DNA of 19,659 nucleotides, from NCBI GenBank assembly GCA_046757525.1, contig JBHHYI010000074.1, positions 1 through 19,659 on the forward strand, given 5' to 3'. This document shows, in pieces, positions 9,373-16,678 of this stretch. The DNA is from a bacterium. GTDB taxonomy: Bacteria; Zhuqueibacterota; Zhuqueibacteria; Oceanimicrobiales; Oceanimicrobiaceae. Below the pieces are notes generated by a model. The model made no database searches and was not told the origin of the DNA. It saw only the letters and a list, made by a program, of their open reading frames with translations. Made by a program: the position numbers and the translations under genes. Numbering within the stretch: the first letter of the stretch is position 1; the number at the start of each line of letters is the position of its first letter.

Positions 9373-9774
9373 ATTTGTCTCACACCACCTACTTTCTTCT
9401 CACCTTGGACATTAGAAAGCAACCCATATCTAAACAAAACCCAAAACAAGGATCAGTTTCATAGCTCCTTTCGGGGTTGCCAAATATACAATTACCAAAC
9501 TTTTTCACCCGATTCCAACGGCTGCGAAACTACCAAAGCGGCTTCTACAACCAACAGCTTGCGCAACGAAGATAGTTCGGCAGCCGCCGAACCGAACTCC
9601 GTCCAGATCACTTGGCGCATGTCTCGCGACGTAACGCAAACCGCTCGTTTGCGAAGGCATCTCTTCCATGTAAAAGCAGGCAAAGCGTGCACATTGCTAA
9701 AAGTGACCCTGTCGAGCGCTGACCACATTTCCGCCCTTTGCAGCACCGACTTTTAGGAAACGCTCCCTGTTTGC

Positions 9775-9866
9775 TGTCATGCCTGCGAAAGCAGGCATCC
9801 ACTGGGTGGCCGGGTAGGGGGCCACCCAACTCCAACCCCTGGATTCCTGCTTTCGCAGGAAAGACA
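9775..9866. repeat. Inverted pair of REP-like palindromes (TGTC/CGTC-tagged type) with a hairpin spacer
   Basis: TGTCATGCCTGCGAAAGCAGGCATCCA (9775-9801) and inverted copy TGGATTCCTGCTTTCGCAGGAAAGACA (9840-9866), 24/27 identical. Spacer hairpin TGGGTGGCC 9803-9811 / GGCCACCCA 9820-9828. Confidence 0.85.
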
Positions 9867-9895
9867 TCGCTTGTTCCGACTCTTGGGCGTTTCCG

Positions 9896-9928
9896 ATATT
9901 TAAAGCAATCCGGCGGCTGCCGGATTGC
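9896..9928 (-). terminator. Probable Rho-independent terminator of the 9937-11001 gene
   Basis: Perfect 10-bp stem GCAATCCGGC/GCCGGATTGC (9905-9914/9919-9928), 8 nt after the stop. Followed on the minus strand by a weak TTTAAATAT tail. Confidence 0.6.
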
Positions 9929-9936
9929 GGGGGCTC

Positions 9937-11001
9937 CTACGGAAACTTGATCTCGATCCCATAACGTGGGCGCACCCTTACATTGAGATTGAAAGGGTCC
10001 ACGTCCGAATCAATGCGTTGGCCGATGAAAAAATCAGACTTGAGCTCGTTGGTGAATTCGATGCTCACGCCAGCAAAAAAGTGCAGCTCCACCACCGGGA
10101 TCGGAAAGCCAAACCCCAGGCCGACAATCGGTTCGATGTCGTTGTCCAGACGCAGTCCGGCGAGAATGTGAAAAGAGCTGGCAATGGTCGGGGCTTTGGT
10201 GTCGACGGCTTTGAAGTGGTAATTCACCACGCCAAAAGCCGCAAAGTCGCCTTTGGGTTTGGGTCGCACGATGATCGTGCCGTCGGAGCCGATGAGGAAA
10301 TCCACGTCATCGACAGAGGTGACGGCTGTGGCTACGCCAAAACTCCAGTGCTCCAGGGCCGTGTTGTCAAAAACTGCGGTGGCCAGAAAATCCTCGGCGC
10401 CCAGCTCCTTTTTCACGATCATGGAGATGTCGGCATTCTTTTGGAATTTTGGCGGAATCTCAAATCTGCGCACATCGATCCACACCGTCTGGGGGCCGCC
10501 TAAAACGCCTGGGATGGTTGGAATGGGCAAAAACAGCGACAGAAAGCTGACCAGATTTTGTTGCGAAGGCGAAGACTTCGCCGTCAGCGTGGTGGAAAGA
10601 AACGACTCCGCGTTTTTGCGCTTGGAAATAAACACGTAAAACAAAGTGTCCGCCGTTAACCCATACAGCCGGGTGTCCTCAAATGAGGAGCCTGCGTGGA
10701 TCAAACCGATGGGGCTCATTTTGTCGGTGAAATTAGCCACCACCACGTAGTAGTTGGCTTCGTTCAATTTGAAACCAGTCAAACCGATGAGTTTTTTCAA
10801 ACTGTCCGCAGCCAATTCCACCTCCCCTTCGTGAAACCAGCGGTAAGCCTTGCCAAACAAATCTTCAGAATCGTTGACCTCAAACGGGGCGCCAGGCACA
10901 GGCTTGGGCACGGTGATAATCCTGTCCTGGGCTAAAACCGAAATAACGGAAATGAAAGAAAACAAGGCAATGAAAAACAGTCGTTGAAAATAGGTGTACA
11001 T
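9937..11001 (-). CDS. Hypothetical exported protein with a beta-strand-rich, possibly barrel-forming C-terminus
   Basis: Signal peptide ending VLA-QD, strong AAGGAGG RBS, downstream terminator hairpin, amphipathic strands ending RYGIEIKFP. Confidence 0.8.
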   Translation of the reverse strand: MYTYFQRLFFIALFSFISVISVLAQDRIITVPKPVPGAPFEVNDSEDLFGKAYRWFHEGEVELAADSLKKLIGLTGFKLNEANYYVVVANFTDKMSPIGLIHAGSSFEDTRLYGLTADTLFYVFISKRKNAESFLSTTLTAKSSPSQQNLVSFLSLFLPIPTIPGVLGGPQTVWIDVRRFEIPPKFQKNADISMIVKKELGAEDFLATAVFDNTALEHWSFGVATAVTSVDDVDFLIGSDGTIIVRPKPKGDFAAFGVVNYHFKAVDTKAPTIASSFHILAGLRLDNDIEPIVGLGFGFPIPVVELHFFAGVSIEFTNELKSDFFIGQRIDSDVDPFNLNVRVRPRYGIEIKFP

Positions 11002-11127
11002 GCACTTCCTCCTTAAAGATTGTGGGATGAATTAAATGGATGGGTTAAATTCCTGTAATGATAGGTCTTTCAAGAGAAAGATGCAAGGGAAATCTTGCGG
11101 TCCGGTTAGATTTTGGCGCAATGGATT

Positions 11128-12303
11128 CTAATCAAACATTGCAACCCCACTTGCGATATTACAGATGCAAAGGGTCACGCTCCGATGAGTCAAGCGCCCA
11201 TATTGGTTGCTTAAACGGTCAAGGACTCGAGGGCAACAATCATCCTGCGCCAGGCAAACAACGGAGCCGCCGAAACCTGCGCCGGTCAAGCGCGCCCCGT
11301 AGACGCCGTCGCACTGGGCGCACAGGTCGACGATGGTGTCCAACTCGGGGCAGCTCACTTCGTAGTCGTTTTTTAAACTCAGGTGGGACTGGAACATGAG
11401 ACTGCCGAAAGCGGCCAGGTCGCCCTTGCGCAACAGCGCAGCGGACTCCTTGGTACGTTGAACCTCCGTCACCACGTGACGGCTGCGTTTGCGCAGGGTC
11501 TCATCCAGCAAATGCGCGTGTGCCTCGAGTTGCCCTGGTGTCACATCGCGCAAAGTTCGAATCCCTGGTAACACCTTCGACAGTCTGTCCACCGTAGCCT
11601 GACAGGCTTGACGGCGGCGGTTGTATTCCGAACCGGCGAGTTCCCGTTTGAGGCCGGTGTCGCAAATCAGCAAGCTCGCATGCCGGGGAACCGGGATGTA
11701 CTCGTAGTCCAAACTGCGGCAGTCCAACAGCAGGGCATGATTCTTCTTTCCGACCGCGCTGATGAGTTGGTCCATGATGCCGCACTGTACGCCTACGAAG
11801 TCATTTTCCACTTTCCGGCAAAGTTTGACCATCTCTAATTCTGAAATTGACAAATGGTTCAGGGCTTTAAAGGCGTAACCTGCGGCCACTTCCAGAGCGG
11901 CCGAAGAGCTCAAACCGGCCCCCGGTGGGATGTTGCCTTTGATGAGAAGATTGGCGCCGCGCAACGGGTGCCCCTGTTGCTGCAAAAAGAAAGCGACGCC
12001 CTGAACGTAATTCGACCAGAAGTGCTCTTTGGAAAACGCCAACGCACTCAGCGGCACCTGAATCTGATCGCGATAGTCCGCGGAAACCATGGCAAGCTGG
12101 CGGTCGTCTCGAGGGGATGCACAAACGGCGATAGACTTGTCGATGGCCGCCGGCAGCACAAAGCCTTCATTGTAATCGACATGACCTCCCATCAGGTTCA
12201 CCCGTCCCGGTGCGGTAACACAAACGCGGGCCGGCTGTTGAAACGCCTGCTGGAACAGAGCGCGGGACTCGGCAACGAGACTTTTTTCCTGGCTTTGAGT
12301 CAT
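11128..12303 (-). CDS. galK: Galactokinase
   Basis: APGRVNLMGGHVDYNEGFVLPAAI, PPGAGLSSSAA (GHMP ATP loop), CGIMDQ, LDCRSL, YNRRR..C, DYEVSCPELD, GARLTGAGFGG. Confidence 0.95.
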   Translation of the reverse strand: MTQSQEKSLVAESRALFQQAFQQPARVCVTAPGRVNLMGGHVDYNEGFVLPAAIDKSIAVCASPRDDRQLAMVSADYRDQIQVPLSALAFSKEHFWSNYVQGVAFFLQQQGHPLRGANLLIKGNIPPGAGLSSSAALEVAAGYAFKALNHLSISELEMVKLCRKVENDFVGVQCGIMDQLISAVGKKNHALLLDCRSLDYEYIPVPRHASLLICDTGLKRELAGSEYNRRRQACQATVDRLSKVLPGIRTLRDVTPGQLEAHAHLLDETLRKRSRHVVTEVQRTKESAALLRKGDLAAFGSLMFQSHLSLKNDYEVSCPELDTIVDLCAQCDGVYGARLTGAGFGGSVVCLAQDDCCPRVLDRLSNQYGRLTHRSVTLCICNIASGVAMFD

Positions 12304-12358
12304 AAAACCTCGTATGTTAAAAGTGCAGAAGAAAACACTTTCTCACATTCAATGTACT

Positions 12359-13135
12359 TCAGTGCTTCTTGGCGATCTCTTCCAGGAGTTTTCTGCACAC
12401 CTGCTTATGAAAGTCATCCTGATGGTCGGCAATGGGCAGTTTTAGCACCCGTTCGAATTCCTGTTTGGCCAGCTCCCATTTTTTCATTTTCATGTAAGTG
12501 ATGCCCAACTCTTTGTGATGATTGATCCAATCGGGCTTGATGGCAATGGCTTTCTTGAAACTGGCAACGGCGGCTTCATTGCTGGCTCCGGGCGGCACCC
12601 CACCGTAAATTATTTTCGCCGCCAGTTTAAGAATCCAGCTCAGGTTGGCAATTTCCCGGTTCCAGCGTCCCAACACGTGGTAAGCGCCGTGATGGTTTGG
12701 ATCCAGTGCCAGCGTCTTTTCAGCCTCGTCTTTTACGATTCTCGACAACTGCACCTTGGTTTTGCCCCCTTCATAAAGCGCGATCAGTCCCGAAGAAACG
12801 GCAACAAAAAAATGTGCGTTGGCCGTGTCCGGACATTGTGCCAGGGCTTTGCGGGCCCACTGTTCCGCGAGATAATAGTGCTGTCTCTGAATTGACTTCT
12901 GGGCTTCTTCGCCAAGATCGATATGAGCTTCGGCGATTTTCCACAAGGCGGTACAGTTGCTGGAGTCGGCGTGGTAGGCTGCCATGTACTCTGCTAAAGC
13001 CTTGTCGTTGTCGAAAGCGTTCGCATAGGCGTCGCCTTTGGCCAGGTGGTCCACAGCGTTTTGGGCTGTGAGAGGCGAGGTTAGGATTAGCACCCCACCA
13101 GTGATTAAGAGCCAGTTCTTTGTTTTTGTCAGCAT
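12359..13135 (-). CDS. Exported tetratricopeptide-repeat protein
   Basis: Signal peptide (LTA-QN). TPR-like helices such as EKTLALDPNHHGAYHVLGRW and FKKAIAIKPDWINHHKELGITY. Confidence 0.8.
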   Translation of the reverse strand: MLTKTKNWLLITGGVLILTSPLTAQNAVDHLAKGDAYANAFDNDKALAEYMAAYHADSSNCTALWKIAEAHIDLGEEAQKSIQRQHYYLAEQWARKALAQCPDTANAHFFVAVSSGLIALYEGGKTKVQLSRIVKDEAEKTLALDPNHHGAYHVLGRWNREIANLSWILKLAAKIIYGGVPPGASNEAAVASFKKAIAIKPDWINHHKELGITYMKMKKWELAKQEFERVLKLPIADHQDDFHKQVCRKLLEEIAKKH

Positions 13136-13344
13136 TGAAGGCCGTTCGTTTTTGACTTGGAAAGCAGGATTGTTTCCCTTCTGTAAAACCAGGCAACAAA
13201 AATTGTACTTGATTTTGTTATGAACAATTCGATATATTGGTATTTGTTAGGTGTTGTGAGACAGCCGCGCAGTCCAATCCTCCATAAGATCATGAATTAA
13301 TTATTCATTTTCAAGGATTCATTTAATGATGAGCGACCACCCCG

Positions 13345-14340
13345 ATGCGTAGAAAGTTAAAGGGATATTTCATGCTATTTCGAATTCTTCCGGTTTTGGT
13401 GTGGTCATTCACCGGATCTCTGGTGGGAACGTCGTTAGCGGCTCTAATTCTCCATGAAATAAAATGGCTGCCTTATTTGTTGGTATTATCGGTTTCGGCA
13501 TTGGTGCAAGGCTATCCAACCCATATACTCAACGAAATTTTTGATTGGCTAAGCGGGGCGGACCGCAAGGAACTCGGCCCCAAGAAAAGCGGCGGCAGCA
13601 AGGTGTTGCAGGCGAAATTGTTAACCCTGAGAGACTTGTGGATGATTTTCGTCATCGCCAACCTAATTTTGGTGGCGTTGGTTGCCACGTGTGCGTTTGT
13701 GATCAACAGGCAAATCGTTCTGCTTTTCATCGTTCCCGGCTATTTAAGCGGCATTCTTTACTCCTTACCTCCGTTTCGGTTTGCCTACCGGCCTTTCTTG
13801 GGCGAATGGTTAGGGGGTTTTGCCGGCATGTTTTTGTTAGTAACAGGAAGTTATTACGCACAAACTTACACCGTCGACCCGCTGATTCTATTGAGTGCCT
13901 TTGGCATTGGTCTGATCTATGTGGGGATTATGATTTTTTTCCACTACCTCGATTTTGAAAATGACCAAAGAGCCAGGCCGAAAAAAAACACCACGGTTGT
14001 GTTCTTAGGGCTTAGAAAAAGCCGGAATTATGTGAATGTTTGCTTGCTAATTTCTTGCCTGGTACTCCTGGCAAGCACTTTGGAGTTCCGACTTCAGCTC
14101 CTACCCCTGCTTTTGTTGGGAATGACGCTGTTGTTTTGCCACAATAAAATAGACTTGTGGGACCATGGCTCAATCATTCGATGGGGAAAGGTGGTTACCT
14201 ATGCTTCTCTGTTGGCAGGCTTGAGTTTTGCTGGCCTGTCTAACCCGGGCCTGCTGCTGATGTCAATACCAGCGCTCATCGCCTTTTGGGCCCACAAGAA
14301 ATTCGGCAAACTGACTGGATTGAGAATGCAGGTCAGTTAG
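13345..14340 (+). CDS. UbiA-superfamily prenyltransferase (MenA-like)
   Basis: Multiple TM helices, NEIFDWLSGAD first Asp-rich motif, SGGS, YSLPPFRFAYR..GE, second motif HYLDFENDQ...K.TTVV. Confidence 0.85.
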   Translation: MRRKLKGYFMLFRILPVLVWSFTGSLVGTSLAALILHEIKWLPYLLVLSVSALVQGYPTHILNEIFDWLSGADRKELGPKKSGGSKVLQAKLLTLRDLWMIFVIANLILVALVATCAFVINRQIVLLFIVPGYLSGILYSLPPFRFAYRPFLGEWLGGFAGMFLLVTGSYYAQTYTVDPLILLSAFGIGLIYVGIMIFFHYLDFENDQRARPKKNTTVVFLGLRKSRNYVNVCLLISCLVLLASTLEFRLQLLPLLLLGMTLLFCHNKIDLWDHGSIIRWGKVVTYASLLAGLSFAGLSNPGLLLMSIPALIAFWAHKKFGKLTGLRMQVS

Positions 14341-14384
14341 GCTCTGAGCTTTTTCCAAGAGGTTTGCATCTTTTTAGGCCGATC

Positions 14385-14424
14385 AAACGGTAACCTTCTT
14401 TGGGAAGGTCACCGTTTCATTTTT
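14385..14424 (+). terminator. Possible intrinsic terminator hairpin
   Basis: AAACGGT-A-ACCTTC ... GAAGGT-C-ACCGTTT (14385-14417) followed by CATTTTT. Confidence 0.5.
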
Positions 14425-14466
14425 AAATACCATCGGCGTGAAACCATAATTACAAGGAGGGTCAAG

Positions 14467-15309
14467 ATGAAAAGAATTACATTGTTATTAATCATCTTTT
14501 TTTTGTTAACGTTCGAGTTGCCGGCACAAGTCCGAATCAACGAAGTGAAGTTTGCCGATGCCGATGATCAGATCGAGCTGAAAAACTTTGGCCAGACTGC
14601 CGTGGATGTTTCAGCCTACTGGTTTTGTTCCCTGTTTAGTTACACGCAAATTAGCACCATGACCATCGTCAGCGGCAGTTTGAATATCCCGCCGGACAGC
14701 ATATTGGCCGTAAGCGGTAAGACTCTCAACGATACTTCCGCCGATTTGGGACTGTACAATACCGGTGGCAACTTTGCCAGCACTTCAGCAATGGAAGATT
14801 TCGTGCAATGGGGTGGTTCGGGACAGGGTAGAGAATCGGTGGCGGTGAGCAAGGGCATCTGGACCGCCGGCGACTTCGTGCCAGCCGTTGCCGCGGGCCA
14901 TTCCATCGAATACGATGGCTTCGGCCATGCTTCCACCGACTGGTTTGATCAAGCGACGCCATCCATTGGCCAGGAAAACTCGGTCGCCACGGCCATCGGC
15001 GACGTCGCAGGCGACGTGCCCCAGGACTTTGTTCTGGCTCAGAATTATCCGAATCCCTTTAATCCAAGCACTGTTATTACTTACACCCTGCCGCAATCGG
15101 CCAATCTGGGTACCACGCGTTTGGAAATCTACAATTTGTTGGGACAAAAGGTCAGAACCTTGATCAATGCCAGGCAATCGGCAGGAACACACAGCATTCA
15201 GTGGGATGGAACCAACGATGCCGGGCACCTATTAGCCAGCGGCGTCTACGTGTACCTGTTGAAATCGGGCAACCTCTCTGAAGCGAAAAAAATGCTCTTC
15301 ATGAAGTGA
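14467..15309 (+). CDS. Secreted protein: lamin-tail-like N-terminal domain plus T9SS-CTD/FlgD-Ig-like C-terminal domain
   Basis: Signal peptide. VRINEV...IELKN.G..AVDVS.YW (LTD-like). LAQNYPNPFNPST.I.Y.LP...LEIYNLLGQKVRTL...WDGTND.G..LASGVY...KKM. AAGGAGG RBS. Confidence 0.85.
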   Translation: MKRITLLLIIFFLLTFELPAQVRINEVKFADADDQIELKNFGQTAVDVSAYWFCSLFSYTQISTMTIVSGSLNIPPDSILAVSGKTLNDTSADLGLYNTGGNFASTSAMEDFVQWGGSGQGRESVAVSKGIWTAGDFVPAVAAGHSIEYDGFGHASTDWFDQATPSIGQENSVATAIGDVAGDVPQDFVLAQNYPNPFNPSTVITYTLPQSANLGTTRLEIYNLLGQKVRTLINARQSAGTHSIQWDGTNDAGHLLASGVYVYLLKSGNLSEAKKMLFMK

Positions 15310-15422
15310 GGCCGCAGTAGACCGTTCTGCAATATGCAACAGGCATGGGTCGGTTCGAAGCAAAACGAGGCGGCTGCGGGCATGATTCTGCAAGATTCCC
15401 AAGAATCAGACAGAAAATTCAG

Positions 15423-15462
15423 AGACCTGAAAGATCGGCGATCTTTCAGGTCTTTTTATTTT
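15423..15462 (+). terminator. Rho-independent terminator
   Basis: Perfect 14-bp stem AGACCTGAAAGATC/GATCTTTCAGGTCT (15423-15436/15440-15453) followed by TTTTATTTT. Confidence 0.85.
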
Positions 15463-15488
15463 GAAATTTCCTGAAGAATTTGTATCAT
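15461..15488 (+). promoter_or_regulatory. Possible sigma70-type promoter for the cupredoxin/selenoprotein genes
   Basis: TTGAAA (15461-15466), 16 nt, TATCAT (15483-15488), immediately after the terminator. Confidence 0.4.
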
Positions 15489-15570
15489 TGAAAAAACTGC
15501 CGAAGGCTTAGTTGCCTCGTTTTGAGAAAATAATCCCATTCCAACTGAAAACAATCAGAGGAGGTTCAAA

Positions 15571-15927
15571 TTGCGAATAAAAGGGCTAATGATTTTGGCA
15601 ATGCTGCTTTTGCTTTTCTGGCAATGTTCGGACAATCCCATGGCGCCGGAAACCCGCGCCGACAACGAGGTCTGGGTTCAATTCCGCAAATTCGTGCCGT
15701 CGCAGCTCACCGTGTCAAAAGGAACGCGGGTGACCTGGACCAACAAAGACAATGAAGTGCATACAGTGGACAGTGGCACCGAAATGAGTCCGACCGGCTT
15801 GTTTAACCTGACATTAGATGAGGATGGCGGAGAAAAAGATTTTCAAAGTTTTACTTTTAGCAACTCAGGCATCTTTGAATACTATTGTGGTATTCATGGC
15901 GAAACCGGCAAAATCATCGTGCAGTGA
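15571..15927 (+). CDS. Cupredoxin (plastocyanin/amicyanin-like) lipoprotein
   Basis: GAGGAGG RBS, TTG start, lipobox-like FWQC, F.P..LTV..GT.VTWTN.D...HTV, TF...G.FEYYCGIH. Confidence 0.85.
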   Translation: MRIKGLMILAMLLLLFWQCSDNPMAPETRADNEVWVQFRKFVPSQLTVSKGTRVTWTNKDNEVHTVDSGTEMSPTGLFNLTLDEDGGEKDFQSFTFSNSGIFEYYCGIHGETGKIIVQ

Positions 15928-16010
15928 CCCGGGGATGTGCGCTTAGTTTGCCGCTGTGGTTTCCTGATCATCTGCACCATTTAAGATTGGAATTTTAGGA
16001 GTCAACACTC

Positions 16011-16562
16011 ATGGCCTGGATCAAAACGATTTCAGAAGAAGAAGCCGAAGGCAGCGTCAAACGTCAGTACAGTGCGGCGCTGAAGCGGGCTGGGAGAGTC
16101 TACAATGTGGTCAAAATCTCCAGCCTCAAACCGGACATCATGCGGACATTCATTCAACTTTACTTGCAACTTATGCACGGGCCTTCCAGTCTCAGTCGCG
16201 CCCAGCGCGAAATGATTGCCGTTGTCGTCTCCAAGACCAATCACTGCCACTACTGAATTGAAGCGCACGCAGAGGATCTGCGTTCGGTGACCCACGATGA
16301 TGCTCTCGTTGAAGCCATCAAGAGCGATTATAGAGAGGCCAACATCGACCCTGCGACCAGCCTGATGCTGGAGTTTGTGGAACGCACAACCAGGGCCGCC
16401 TACGACCTGCGAGAAGAGGATGTTCTGGCTTTAAAAGAAGCTGGCTTTGAGGATGACGCCATCCTGGACATCGTACATATCACCGGCTATTTTAATCACA
16501 TCAATAGAGTGGTTGACGCGCTCGGTGTGGAACTTGAAGATTTTATGGTTCAAGGACGATAA
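16011..16562 (+). CDS. AhpD-like / peroxidase-related selenoprotein (183 aa, CxxU motif, TGA 16254-16256 read as Sec)
   Basis: ORFs 16011-16256 and 16287-16562 are in the same frame and separated only by one TGA, located where the family motif REMIAVVVS..N.C.YC...H has its second Cys. Read-through gives NHCHYUIEAHAEDLR. SECIS-like hairpin directly downstream. AGGAG RBS only before the first ATG. Confidence 0.88.
16257..16289 (+). promoter_or_regulatory. Putative bacterial SECIS element
   Basis: Perfect 7-bp stem ACGCAGA (16267-16273) / TCTGCGT (16277-16283) with a GGA apical loop. 17 nt separate the TGA from the loop. Confidence 0.75.
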
Positions 16563-16678
16563 ATAACAAGCGTCTGAGAGTAGCGTCCGGGATTCGTTAA
16601 CTCGATGCATTTGCTGGTAATTGTTGGTAAACAACCGGAATTGACCTTCTAACCCAACGTGCACGGAGACCTATTCCT

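Larger units (their letters stand above)
8339..9496 (+). mobile_element. Non-autonomous, internally deleted IS1595-family-like element carrying a passenger gene
   Basis: Imperfect terminal inverted repeats AATTAAATACTTGACAAACCC (8339-8359) and GGGGTTGCCAAATATACAATT (9473-9493) match at 16/21. They bracket a visibly AT-rich islet. Transposase N- and C-terminal remnants at 8417-8553. No target-site duplication seen. Confidence 0.62.

Noticed and set aside
8328..9504. Target-site duplication around the IS1595-like element
   Set aside because: The flanks (AAGTTCCA versus AAACTTTT) do not match, so none is claimed.
9492..9835. Short ORFs in the palindrome-rich intergenic segment
   Set aside because: No RBS or family motifs; they run through repeat hairpins.
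9925..10503. 192-aa plus-strand ORF
   Set aside because: Antisense shadow of the 9937-11001 gene, which has the RBS, signal peptide and terminator.
11854..12501. 215-aa plus-strand ORF
   Set aside because: Antisense to galK and the TPR gene; shadow ORF.
15311..15420. Riboswitch-like fold (CCGCAGT/GCTGCGG closing stem) before the terminator
   Set aside because: It lies in the 3' UTR of the upstream gene, the stems are weak and no aptamer consensus is recognised.
15925..15984. Possible Sec read-through at the cupredoxin TGA
   Set aside because: The domain is already complete at KIIVQ, no Cys is expected at that position, and the extension looks non-coding.
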